Below, piece after piece: positions 13,432 to 26,056 of a stretch of 64,000 nucleotides of DNA. Origin of the DNA: Balanoglossus misakiensis (taxonomy: Eukaryota > Animalia > Hemichordata); assembly GCA_040954595.2 (NCBI GenBank), contig CM082590.2:620001-684000 (forward strand). Reading direction: 5' to 3'. Both the position numbers and the translations under genes were made by a program. The notes under the pieces were generated by a model. That model made no database searches. It had not been told where the DNA came from and saw nothing but the letters and a program-made list of their open reading frames with translations. Position 1 is the first letter of the stretch, and each line of letters starts with the position of its first letter.

Positions 13432-13616
13432 CAATGTTTCATCTAGATGGCAGAATGGGGAGATTCACCCCATGTTGAGATGTTGGCACCCCTACCAGTT
13501 TGTCAATGAGGGGACTGGTGCCCCTTAAAATGTTGCCAGAGTGGAATCCCCTCCCGAAATTTTCTGGCAAAGGGCGACATATCCCTGCTGTTGATGCCAT
13601 CCTGAATGAAACACTG
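13432..13616. mobile_element. hAT-like MITE with 6-bp TSD (GTCATT)
   Basis: TIRs caatgtttcatctagatggca / tgccatcctgaatgaaacactg; GTCATT at 13426-13431 and 13617-13622; related fragment at 25511-25571. Confidence 0.75.
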
Positions 13617-13657
13617 GTCATTGACGATGTATTGCCTCTTTTTTATTTTGATGACAG

Positions 13658-13788
13658 ATTTAGCTAGAATGTATAACTTAGTATCACGTATCCAGGACGG
13701 CTTAGGGGAACTCAAGAATCTCTTGGAATCACACATCACGACTCAAGGTTTATCAGCCATTGAGAAGTGTGGAGATAGCGCCCTCAAC
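13658..13788 (+). CDS. CUL1: Cullin-1 exon d ([20 protein letters not shown]...[10 protein letters not shown])
   Basis: tgacag| acceptor, AAC|gtaagt donor; 131 nt. Confidence 0.97.
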
Positions 13789-13896
13789 GTAAGTCTTCTT
13801 GGTTTTACTGGCACTATAACTATACTGAAGTAAGACTCGGATTTGGTTTCGGTTTCGGATTCAGTTTCGGATTCGGTTTCGAGAGGCTGAAAATAG

Positions 13897-14259
13897 TTAA
13901 GCATTTTCGAGCAACCATCGCGGTTTGGCATCTGCAGTACGTGTATGAAAATTACTTTGCTAAAACATGAATAAATTTGATTTAATCTGTACTTGTTATG
14001 TATGACATTTTTCTCACCCAAAAAAATGTTTATTCTTGCCGAAAATTACAAAATAGTATCTTTTTTATCATCAAAGTATGTCTTTCTATGATAAAATATG
14101 TATTTAACAATTTCCGATGTGAAAAAACAGTGTTTTGGTGCCAAAATATCATACATAACATGTCGAGAGAGTTTGATCAAATATATTCATATTTTTATAG
14201 AGTTATTTTCATACTCTTACTGCAGATGCCAAATCGCGATGGTCGCCGAAAATGCTTAA
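13897..14259. mobile_element. TTAA-flanked palindromic MITE, preceded by a (TCGGWT)n microsatellite at 13836-13881
   Basis: ~90-bp inverted arms ttaagcattttcg...ggcatctgcagta / tactgcagatgcc...cgaaaatgcttaa. Confidence 0.7.
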
Positions 14260-15305
14260 AGGGGAAATCCGGCGCAGCTGATTTCTACATAATTTGGTAG
14301 CTTTGATGTCACTCTTTCAGAAAAAAACACATCCGCCATGTATAAGTCGTGCGATTTTTTTTACAAAATCGAGGGAAAGTTGGCAGAATTTCCAATATGG
14401 CGTTTACTGTAATTTGAATAATGGGAAAAAAAGCGCCAGGACCAACTTCCGCCCACCTAGGAGTATTTTCATAGCTGTTGTTTGTTCTTTGCATCAGTTG
14501 ATAAACAATCATCAGCAAAGTTGAAAATTTGCCATCTATTGACAGTTTTCATTTGGCTGGTACCCTGCCTCGGTGACAAACACCAAAGAGGCAGGTAAAC
14601 ACAAACCGCCATATTTAGAATTGTGGAATCTGATTGGCTAATAAATGAACGTTCTATAACTTCCGGGCTACATTCAATCTGTCGCGTTTCTTGACATTCA
14701 TTTTTACTCTTCCTGAATATACATATTTTTAAAAAACCAACAGTTTATGATGGAAGTGAAGCTAAAATCATTACAACTACTGACACAAATGTTCGTAAGT
14801 TTTACAACAGACATGCACATTTGGCTGGTATGCGCATTAGCCCACTTCCGGGAAAGTGTCAAAAAACTAACACTTTTCAAAATGGCGGTCGGCCTTTATC
14901 TGCGTCTATCTTCGTGACGCGTCTTTTTGCCAAGTCACATGAGACGCAGTGTTCAGCGAAAGTTTTCATGAGCTATAACCCATTAAAAATATGCAAATAC
15001 GCTTAGCATGTGACGCAGTGAGACCAATCGGAAAACTAACTTCAGCATCGTGGCACCATACACCTTTTTCGTAAAGAGGGCGCCCTTCCAAAACATTGCA
15101 TCATCTCCATGTAGATACATGTAACTCGAAAATGAGGCCAGTAGGTCACACAGTAAAAATCTTATCTTGTGTATCTATAGTTGGGATCGACGTTTGACAT
15201 CCATATGTCATTGTAAGTTAAATTTTACACACAACTTGTATCATACTGTAAAACGGGAAATTTGGGCGAACTTTTAATATATGAATTCGTGTTTTGTTTT
15301 CCCAG

Positions 15306-15413
15306 GATCCCAAGTTGTATGTACAGACCATATTGGATGTACACAGAAAATACAATGCATTGGTTCTGACTTCATTCAATAATGATGCTGGTTTTGTTGC
15401 TGCTCTTGACAAG
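15306..15413 (+). CDS. CUL1: Cullin-1 exon e ([36 protein letters not shown])
   Basis: tcccag| acceptor, AAG|gtaatg donor; 108 nt. Confidence 0.97.
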
Positions 15414-15465
15414 GTAATGTCCCACTATGCATTGTTGTATCATCTGTCGTGTCTGATTATGAAAA

Positions 15466-16360
15466 GGAGGAGGCATCATAGTCCAGTGATTAGAGCAGCC
15501 GACTCAAGATCGGAGGATTGTGGGTTCGAGCCCCGGCATGGCTGTGGTGTTGTGTCCTTTGGAAAGGCACTTTACTTCTCATTGCTTCTCCCCACCCAGT
15601 AGTAACGGGTACCTGGTAGGATAGGGAGATTGTAATATGTGTGTGTAGCTCTGCTGTGCTTATGGCTGCACATGTGAGCTGTTGTTTGCTCCCCAGGGAG
15701 TTGAACAGAAAATCGCGTCAAGGACACGGTGGTCCTCTTGAGTTACTACACAAGAAAAAGTCTACACCGGAGTACATGGCCATATACAAACAGACAGACA
15801 CACACACACATAGCGAGAGATCAATGGGCAAGCACTGACTGACCCGTGAGCTGCCAATGGCATATGTACTGTACATACACTAAATAGAACAGCTGACCTC
15901 TTTAAAACTCAGCCAGTTATGTAATCATTCAGGAATTTGCTGTGTAAATCAATCACACCGGGAACTTCCTGCCTAATTAAAACAACTCAATAAATAAAAT
16001 ACACACCACTTTGCAAAGCAATCTGACCAGTAGTTCTTAAGTTACTGAGTTTTGACCAAATTCACATTTTTCGAGCTCATTTGCATATTTTTGGCGATGA
16101 CACCTTCATTTGAACAAACTCCCATCTACAGCCCAGCCTGCATCTGCACACCAAATATCAAGGTGATACACGCAGCGGTTATCAAGTTTTTGATGAGGAC
16201 GGACATCCATACATACATACATCCATACATACATACAGACGCAACCGATCCCATAAGGTCCCATGGTATATACCAATGGGACCTAAAAAACTAGGTCCAA
16301 TGACCAGGGGAATAAATGTATTACCGTATGTAATGTGCTGGATAAGAAATCATTATTATG
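15466..16360 (+). mobile_element. tRNA-derived SINE interrupted by a HINE
   Basis: A-box-like TAGTCCAGTGA, B-box GGTTCGAGCCC, GTGTCCTTTGGAAAGGCACTT and GGGTACC core; body resumes at 16291 (taggtccaatgacc) as in the 10088 copy. Confidence 0.75.
15709..16290 (-). mobile_element. HINE family A, short subfamily (~0.6 kb), antisense to CUL1
   Basis: Reverse complement of 40255-40879 with both terminal hairpins. Confidence 0.85.
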
Positions 16361-16721
16361 AAAAGAAATATGTTGCTTGATGCAAATCCAATTATTGCCA
16401 AATGAATTATAATTTATAGCCTGGACTTTTCAACTATAAATTACTCTGCTGATTGCTACAAAAGGGCTGTGTTGAAATTAATCATATAGAGACTGGGCAA
16501 CGGTTTATGTTTTACAGAGTAGAACAAGAAACTGCATTTGATACACATAGCACAACACTACTAAGAAAATATGAAAATCAACATCAATAGACAAAAATTA
16601 AAGTTACTAGGGCCTTTTTTCTGTTCACCCTTCTTCTTGCACTACCTCTATTATAGGATGATCACCCCCTGAATTAATCTCCAGACATTTTCCACCCACC
16701 AATTATTGTTTGGGATATATA

Positions 16722-17690
16722 CCGTAGTTGCTCGGGTAAGAGCCCCTGTGCGGGCAAATGCCCCCCTATGGTTTTAGGGCCCATTTGGATTTCGAGGTTA
16801 TATCCGGTCTGAAGCCCCCCCCCCTCCCTCGGCCGAATATCCATTAAATTCTTGGAAATTTGATAAAGTGCAATGCAAAAAAGGCGGATTTTCATCCCCA
16901 AAGTCACTAAATGTGAAAATAAAAAAAAACATCTACGACGGCAAACAATGTCCATATGATGATTGACTTTCGTGCTGATTATCATACCGACTGACCACGC
17001 TGAGTTATAGATAGCCGCTCTAGAAAACATGACCTCAGACAGGTCCCTCGGGACCGTGCCTCGAATTCAACGATCACGTAGATGGACGCCCTGCCGCGTA
17101 TGAGGTCACCGGGGAGCTATCCAAAGCGGCCGCGTGGAGCTGCTTCAGTCCGTCCTCGATGTGAAACACCCAAAATTGGAAGATCGCGACTTGGACTCGG
17201 AGAATGAACCACTCAAAAATTCCGGTAGAGAAAGGCATGATTTCCACGGTGCCGATGCATCATGTTTTTCAGAAAACTACACATAAAGTCTTTAAAGATA
17301 GATGTATTTACGTGCGTCCGTTGACGTCTAAGTAAACAATAGCATGTAAGGTGAACATGCACATGGTGGGATCAAACATTTACCAATGTCCCGGTTAAAC
17401 GGGATGTTTTGTCTGCACCCATGGTGTCCCGATTAAACGGCGGCAAGTGTAATATGTTTTCTGTATTTGATTTATGGGAGAAAACTTTTTATTATTTAAT
17501 AAAGTACATTGTTTGACCGTGAAATGTTTTGCCATGTTATTTGCATCATTATTCACCCCTTCCTCGTGTCCCTAGGCCCCTAAATTTGCATAAAAGTCGA
17601 TGTGATGTCCTGGCAAACCCCCCCCCCCCCCTGTTTTTTTTCGTCGATTTGGGGGCGCAGCACCCGGAGCTCTTACCCGAGCAACTACGG
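16722..17690. mobile_element. Tc1/mariner-pogo-type non-autonomous element
   Basis: TA-flanked 22-bp perfect TIR CCGTAGTTGCTCGGGTAAGAGC. Confidence 0.82.
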
Positions 17691-17899
17691 TAGATGGGAT
17701 AAGGTAAATGTCCAGGGATGACTGTCCCAAAACCAGTACAGTAAAAATTGTAACACACCTTATCCGCAGACTGTGTTCTCATTAGTCAATTGAAAGTCAT
17801 GTGGTATGCATATTCTTTTTGTGCTGTTGCCTGCTGGGCAAATGATGCCCGCTCACTTTGTGTATGGTTAGTTCTTATGCATGACTGCGGATGAGGTGT

Positions 17900-18410
17900 A
17901 TTACAAAGACATTTTGACTGGCCATGAGGGCAACAGCATACGCTTTCACCTCTCGGGACTGTGAGTCACACACCCCTAAAAAAAGATTGTTTTACTTGGC
18001 CTTCAGCCTCTGTTTTGGGTGATGATTCACAGTCCCTCGGGTTACAGACATATGATGTTGCCCACATGGCCAGTCAATATGTGTATATTGTAACACACCA
18101 TGCAGCGACCCCTCGATAGTGATTCGTCAATACGCCGTCATGTGACCTTAGTCATTTCGAACTGTTCCCTAGGGCATCATTTCGATCGGTTTCTGCCCGG
18201 TACTGTTGCCACGTCTTGATATAATTCCGTGTTTGGTGTGTTACAAAACACATGGCGACTGACATATTTGGGCAACAGTGTATTTTTGATGACCTCTGGA
18301 CTGCGCCAGTCACACCAAAACAAGACTGTTTTAGTTGTGACTAGCAGTGCCCTCGGCCATCAAAAAACACTGTTGCCCTCATTGTCAGTCATCATGTGTA
18401 TACTGTTAAC
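17900..18410. repeat. Two degenerate long hairpin elements (Crypton-like)
   Basis: ttgactggccatgagggcaaca / tgttgcccacatggccagtcaa and gggcaacagtgt..tttttgatg / catcaaaaaacactgttgccc. Confidence 0.5.
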
Positions 18411-18968
18411 CAAGACACAAATGGACTAAAGAAATTGTTCAGTTTGCAGAGGACTCTCATTTATAGAGGTTCGTTTAAAGCACCTAGCTCGTCTCACACG
18501 CATGTTCCAGCTGTAGCCGCTGGTTACAGACATTTAGTGAACGGTCAATCCCATAAGGCAGTGCTCTGTCCTAACAACAGAGAAGATGGCGGTGACCTTA
18601 ATCTGTGTTGGAGATCGGGAAAAGACACTAGCTTGGGTGAAAAGGAGGGACAAAACCAGAATCTACTTATACGGTGCACATGAAATATGGAAGGCAGCAA
18701 AGGCAGTCCACTATTTGAATGCATCGAACGGAAAATTTGCTGGAAAGTTACGCGCATGCGCATGAGACGATCTATTGCCTTTAACATGCAGTGCAGTGTT
18801 GAAAGGGACTGAAAAATGTGTTAATTATTGACAGGTTTCAATTTTAGACAGGCTTTGCTTTAAACAGATTTTACTGTAATTTTATTTTTTTGTCTAGAGA
18901 ACTTCTGCGCCCAATAGGCCTTATCTTATTAAGACATTCCTGTAATGACAAGCCCATTGTTTTTTTAG

Positions 18969-19133
<165 letters not shown>

Positions 19134-19856
19134 TAAGGGACTGGTCAATTTCTTCTGCCTGGGGTGGGGTTGGATTCTATATTGTGGATATCAGAAATTG
19201 ACTGACCCCCCCCCCCCCCCACCTTTGAACATTGAAAAGTTAGTGACCCAAACACCCCCCCCCCCCCCCCCCCCCCTAGTGTGATTTTTGATATTACCTA
19301 CACTGGGGCCTACACATTCATCAATTTCGCACCATGTTGTGGGAAAGTTTTGAAAATAAAATGTACGCGTGGCTACAGAAACACATGGCAAAAGGGCAGC
19401 CCAAATTCTGACACCGAGGAACATTGCAATCATACTGGTCAACTTATAGGGCTTCTAGCCCTGCGTGCAGGTCTGTATGTTCCCAGCTTTTCACCCTGCA
19501 ATGACGGGAACACACAGGGCTATAGGGCTTCCCAGCAGGCTTCATTTCTCGACTGAAGACCCAACTCCGAAAAGGTCGGATTTTCCAAATTTTGATCTTA
19601 GTGTTATTTCACTTTCATCAGCAAAAAGATGATTCGTGCAACGAACGATGTGGAACATGTTTTGCTTTACAAAAATTCTCACTTGTTTGAATCGTGAACT
19701 GGTAAACAGTTACACAATAGGGCGATTCTAGCGCCTGTATCATACATTGCAGTCATCTCTTCAACAAGCTGACTGACCAGTGTTCTCCCCAGAACAATTA
19801 AAGCGTAGTGGCCACTACTCTTAAATTTTGAGAAGACATAACAATTGTTATGTTAA

Positions 19857-21067
19857 AGGGACAAAGTCTCTCTCTCGCTGCCCTTTTTCCATTAATTATG
19901 TTTGATACAAGACACTGTATGTTAATGTACATGTGGATATATAGTGAATCAATGTTCAACCACACACAACTTCCATCCCGCTTGCATGACATGAGAGTAA
20001 AAATCTCGCTAAAATGGTAAACACCGATCAGTGTTTTCTCCAGGACGCGCGATTGCGCAATTCCCCCTCTTTTACACTTGAATCGCCCCCTGTAACAAGT
20101 TCAGGGGGTGACAATCGCCCATTCGTGAGCAGCCCACCCGGCCAGTACATGCGCGTCCAAGCCTCCATATCATGCACCGTCACACTGGGATAACGATTAC
20201 CAAGAATGTATCAGTTTGCCAAGACCTCGTTTTCTTACTTAGGAAGGGAAGTCATTCAATATGTATAGAGACTGTTTATTTGAGTAGTGTGCCTAGCCAC
20301 AGATGGGGAAATGTAGGCAGAAATATGAAGGAAAATATACCACTTCAATTTATTCCACTATTAATGGTTTCACAATCTAATATTTTGGCAGCTAAACTGA
20401 AACTTTTAAAATCAAACAAGATAATTTTTCCCAGGTATAGTATTAAAGAAAGACACTATTGTTTTTGCAGTTGCATTTATTTTATTCATTTCACTCTCCT
20501 TGCCAGGGGAGGAGTTAGTCACTCTCCTACCACTTGTGTAATTAATTTCAGGAGAGTTATTTTCAGCTCTCCAGGCTTTTTTAAATTACATGCCCTGAAA
20601 GTTATGCAAGTTGGTGTCTTCCTCTGCAAAACCTACTAATTTAAAGAAGAAAAAACTGTAACTGTTAATACGTTGTCAAGTTCACATGTAAAATGTTGTA
20701 ATTTATTAATACTGTTTATAATATGGAATGAAGGCAGTTAGTAAGTTAACATTCAAAATGGTCATTCCTTGATATTTACCTAATTAACATAAATTATGCA
20801 AATCACGATTCCCCCCTATTTTGACCAAATCCCCCATTAATTTTGGACTAAGTGGGTAAATTCCCCCCTTCTCTCAACATCCTTGAGAAAACACTGACCG
20901 ATTATTCATTTTTGCGAGTTTTTCACTCTCGTGTCTGCAAGTGGGATGGAAATTGTGTTTGGTTGAACCTTGATTCACTATATATCCACACGTAGAATAA
21001 CGTTAACGATGTATTGTATCAAACATAATTAATGGAAAAAGGGCAGCGAGAGAGAGACTTTGTCCCT
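19857..21067. mobile_element. Palindromic Kolobok-like MITE (family F) with a hAT-like element in its centre
   Basis: TTAA flanks; TIR AGGGACAAAGTCTCTCTCTCGCTGCCC; ~165-bp arms; second interrupted copy at 33474-36997. Confidence 0.82.
20029..20896. mobile_element. hAT-like non-autonomous element (family E) with 6-bp TSD ACCGAT
   Basis: TIR CAGTGTTTTCTC; ACCGAT at 20023-20028 and 20897-20902; the empty site is visible in the second F copy near 36810; further copies at 31168-32197 and 52886-53974. Confidence 0.85.
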
Positions 21068-21254
21068 TTAACATAACAATTGTTTACATTGTTATGCAAA
21101 TTAGCAACTACACTATCAGAAATTCCGTCGGTGCCATATGCGGCACTGCCGGGTTTACCGATCTTTTATTCCTGTGAAAACTCGGGCGATATTTCTTTCG
21201 CCAATTGTGGCGAAAATTGTTCACCACATTTGATTTCAATTCACATTGATTTGT

Positions 21255-21943
21255 GAATTACAACTCCTCATTTTGCTATTCTTATTTCTATTCAACATTC
21301 CATTTCTCAGTTCAGAATTCTATTTCATTTGATAAAAACAGTTTGGTGAGTTGCAAAAACGCCACGGCGATGTCCGACCTACCCTCGCCTCCGCAGTGAA
21401 TACATCTTTAGGGATGAAAAAAACATGGCAACGCGATGTTTCTATGGCTAACAAGCGCGCGCAGTCGAGTGGGTATGGCTTGGCCGGTACAACGAAATTT
21501 CTAACCTTGGTAAATGGAGCTACCATTAAAATAAACATTCACAGTTTCAACAATTTTTGTGCATTCGATAAATAAAGAGTTTGGTGTGTTGTTGGACTAA
21601 CGCCACAGCGCTATGTGTATGGATGAAAAACAAATTTCAGACTCTCTTCCGAGAAGTTTAGAACAATTCTATCGAGTTCTGAATGTTGCTGACTATGCTG
21701 CATGCAAAATCCCAATTATGCTGACTATGCATAATCCCAATTATGCTGGCTATGCAAAATTCCAATTCTGAATAAAGGAATTCTACATGCGTGAATACGC
21801 AGTTGCCAGATTCAATCTGTAAGTCAAATTGTGAAATCTAATCTTAAACTGAGAAATGGAATTTTGCATTGTGAAATTGAATTTTGAACTGATAAATGGA
21901 ATGTTCAATAGAAATAAGAATAGCAAAATGAGGAGTTGTAATT
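21255..21943. repeat. Fold-back with ~65-bp inverted arms and an internal ~24-bp tandem repeat
   Basis: aattacaactcctcattttgctattcttatttctatt / aatagaaataagaatagcaaaatgaggagttgtaatt; (aatcccaattatgctgactatgca)x3 at ~21690-21770. Confidence 0.7.
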
Positions 21944-22329
21944 TTGTCATGGATTGGACACCATAGGCGAATAGGCAGCGCGAACACAGCCACTGCAGTC
22001 ACTACGACCTAACTAGGATCTTCAGTTGCTGTCATGTCCTGTCTACGCTACGGTGGGCTGCTTCGTCCATTCTAAAAATTATCTAATAATATTTATTAAA
22101 ACAAAAACAGACTTGGTGTGCACGCGCAGCGCAACGACTGCTGCTCTTTAAAGCTGTGTTAGCTGTAACTTTTCGCAGTATCTTTATTTTGTGTGTCTAT
22201 GCCATTATGTGTTGAGGCCTTCATAAATTGTGGTGAAAGGGTTAAATTGTCAAGGTGACCATGACAATGACTGGTGGTGGGCAGAGCTATTTTTCTAAAC
22301 TGCTTTGCAATGTATCCTTGTCTTCATAG

Positions 22330-22476
<147 letters not shown>

Positions 22477-22889
22477 TGAGTTTTTCAGAGTTAGCCCTGT
22501 GAATTGATAGTACCCACCATCTCATGCAGTGCACCCCCTATAGGGTATGCTATTCAGTTAATACGCTGGTAAATCAAATTTCCAGGTGATGGGCAACGTG
22601 GTTCAGAAAACAACCGCAGACGAAACACCATTAGGCTGATGAGGCACCATGCCTGATACATGTTACGTGTCTGGCGATTCTAAAGTATAAACATACCCGG
22701 AAAACTTTTACTGGATGCCGAAATATTGTTTGCCTGTCACCTGGAAATGACAAAGCCATGGGTCACATGGCCAGATCATGTGATTCATATTTAAGAAATT
22801 ATAATTGTATTTTCTGGAACACATCTTTCTGGAACACATCTTCATTTAGCTCCACCCACGATTAGGCACCAGACATCTACCTGATTTTG

Positions 22890-24283
22890 TTTTTAGGTCC
22901 CATTGGTATATACCATGGGACCTTATGGGATCGGTTGCATCTGTATGTATGTATGGATGGATGGATGTATGTCCGTCGCTGCACGTATAACCTCGATATT
23001 TGGTGTGTAGATGCATGCTGGGCTGTAGATGGGAGTTTGTTCAAACGAAGTTGTCATTGCCAAAAATATGCAAATTAGCTGGGAAAAACCTAAATTTGGT
23101 CAAAACTCAGAACCTCAGCAACCACTGGTCATATTGATTTGAAAATTGGCTTGCATGTATCTTATGTCTGCCTCAAACAGTCCTGTATGTTTTGAGCTAA
23201 TATTATCGATTTTCTATTTTTTATGCATTTTTTTGTATTTTTCCATATTAATGGTAAAAAATCTTCATTTCTGAAAGTGATAGAACTACTTCTTTGAAAT
23301 TTAGTATGTAGCTTCCTATAGGTTGTCTGAGTAACCATAGTTTTTGTTCAAATTGTTGCAAAATTTGCATATTTAGAATTTTGAGCAATTTTTGCCATTT
23401 TAGGTCAATTTTTTTTTCTTAAACCGCATACCAGATTGCTTTGCAATTTGGTCTAGGCATATTCCTAGGGGTAACCCAAGTAAGATGATGCTAAAAAAAT
23501 TATGATATTTGCATTAATGTGCTATTGGGGAATTTTTTTCCAATTTTTGTCAAAAATTGTTTTCTCTGAAACCGCGTGTCACATTGTATTGAACTTTGGC
23601 AGGCATGTTCCTTATAGTGATTGAAGTAAGATGTTGTACAATTTTGGTGATATTTGCATATTTGTATTTTTGCCACTTTTGAACAAATAGTTTCTTGCAA
23701 ACTGCTTTGAAATTTGTTTTTTCTCTGATTGCTTTGAAATTTAGGATACAATTTCATAACACATACATGTGCAACATTTATTCAATTCTGATATCGGGAA
23801 TATTCAATATTTAGCAAGTTTTTTTGTAAGTTTCTTTGTTTTTGGTTAGCAAATCTTCTCCTAAACCAATTCTTCAGTTGTTTTGGAAGTTACTGTTTAC
23901 AAGGAGTTGTTTCCCCAACTTGGACATGTTTACATAACTTTAATAGGCTAGCTGTTACACCACCAGTGGCTGGTCAGTGAGCGTCTTTGTCTGTCTGTGT
24001 GTGTGTGTCTGTCTGTTCCAGGGCTGACTGAAAGAAGTTGCTTGTCATGTGTGTTTGTACTGACAATTTTTGTTCAAAAATAAATTTTTCTCGCACAACT
24101 TGTAAGACTGCCATGACACATGGCAGTTTATTAGGCATGTTCCTTGTTAATTTTTTAAATTCGATATTTCTATATGGTTAAATCATATCTGCTTGGAATG
24201 TCACCTGTAATTTTTATTCTGGTGTGTCACTGTTTCCGCATTATCCTCAAATGGGACCACAGTGTCCTTGACGCTTTTTTTTA
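22890..24283 (+). mobile_element. HINE family A, long subfamily (~1.4 kb), both ends intact
   Basis: TTTT-AGGTCCCATTGGTATATACCATGGGACCT head; tail aatgggaccacagtgtccttgacgc followed by a T run. Confidence 0.82.
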
Positions 24284-24463
24284 CATTTTCGCTTTGATGA
24301 GCACCTGCAAAGACTAGAAAGTTTTGTCAACATAATGCTAACAAACAGGACTGCCAGTCAAAATGTGTAAATTGGTGAATTGCATTGCTGAAGATGGTTT
24401 TGTGATCATCTCCTAATAGATGCAGTAAATTGGTTACTTTTTATCAAATACCTGTTATCATGT

Positions 24464-24785
24464 ATTATATTATACCAGTATATTGATGGCGTAAATCACG
24501 CTATTATATTGGTCGAGACACGACACGTGACTGTGATATATTCGTCATATACCACAGTCATATATCATGCAAAACTCATAGTCAAAGAAAAATCCTTTTT
24601 AAAATGTTTCATGCAAAGTTTCAATATACTGGTATAATATAATAGCAATAAACACCCCCAGCCATGGTATACCACTCGATTTTGACCGGTTCAACTCCAT
24701 ATCCGCTATCGCTCGTGCGTATATGTTGTGAACTGGACAAAATCTCGTGGTATACCATGGCTGGGGGTGTTTTATTGCTTAAATA
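24464..24785 (-). mobile_element. Crypton-V/LRS-like hairpin element (~320 bp)
   Basis: Reverse complement of 37647-37962; TATTTAAGCAATAA terminus; ~140-nt hairpin; no TSD. Confidence 0.7.
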
Positions 24786-25273
24786 GACTTGCTCTGTAGC
24801 TGCAAGTTTGATTGATGTTTGTCCTGTAACATATTTTCTTCAGACCTGTCTCGTGTAATTCTGTCTTGTAATTCTGCCTGCCTTAAATAGGTTTTCACTT
24901 TGCGCTAGGGGTCAAATCACACTGCATTCTGATCGAAAAGTCGACAACCCACTGTAGTAAGAGATAGAAGAAATGATATGTTTACTGTATTTCATGACCT
25001 CCTTTGGTCAAACATGTCTGTCTTTGTAGTTACCATATTAAACTCATTAAACTTTTTTCACATTTTGTTATTTTTTTCTGTTAAAAAGTTTTAGAATGAC
25101 CCATCATCACTTTAGCTTATGAACTCCTATTCCTTAAACATGGCAAAAATCGGCCATCTTGAAATTGTGTCGGCCATATGAGATTTTCATCACTCACTTA
25201 AAACCTATTTAAGGCAGGGAGAATTGATTTTCATACTCAACAGTTATATCCATTCGTTATGATTTGATTTCAG

Positions 25274-25471
25274 CAAGCATGTGGTTTTGAGTACACGTCT
25301 AAACTACAACGCATGTTCCAAGATATTGGTGTCAGCAAAGACCTTAATGAACAGTTCAAGAGCCACCTTAAGAACAGCAATGAACCACTGGACATCGACT
25401 TCAGTATACAAGTACTCAGCTCAGGGTCTTGGCCTTTCCAACAATCATGTACATTTGTACTTCCGTCTGAG
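25274..25471 (+). CDS. CUL1: Cullin-1 exon h ([28 protein letters not shown]...[20 protein letters not shown])
   Basis: tttcag| acceptor, GAG|gtgagt donor; 198 nt. Confidence 0.97.
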
Positions 25472-26056
25472 GTGAGTAGAACACGTTAACATTCTAGAAA
25501 AGTCATTGTTCAATGTTTCATCTAGGCAGGGCGATAGGGGGATTCACCCACTGTTGACATGTTGGCATCCCAGAAGTTGTGTTTACGCAAAAAGTTTGTG
25601 TATTTGACGCAAAAAATACTTACTTGATGCGACAATCTTATTCAGTGCGTCTATATTGATGCATATGAAATGGCCGATCCAGTTGTACAACAGTTAATGT
25701 AAACTGTACCGGCTGACTTCTGTAAAACGGGTTATTTTCGCAACAGGAAATATTCACATTATCTAAAGAGGTGACTGAACTTCCATGAGGATTATTTCTG
25801 GCATTTTTGTATTTCACTAACTGCATTGTTATCTCCTAAAAACGTTTTACTCGACTTTTTTATTTTCACATTTTTTATATCCCATTTGGTTTATATGTAT
25901 ATATATTCCATGGGACAAGGTGATGTGGGTCACGCGCAAAGCACCATGGGAGTTCCAACATGCGTAACCGTTCATTTGACTTCCGGCTGGCCTCGAGTAC
26001 ACACGTTTGATGTGTCTGCCCGATCACTTTCTTTGAGCCTTTTACATATGATAGTA

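Noticed and set aside
15466-15540. tRNA gene
   Set aside because: A and B boxes are present but there is no clean cloverleaf or terminator, and it continues into a SINE body shared with 10088
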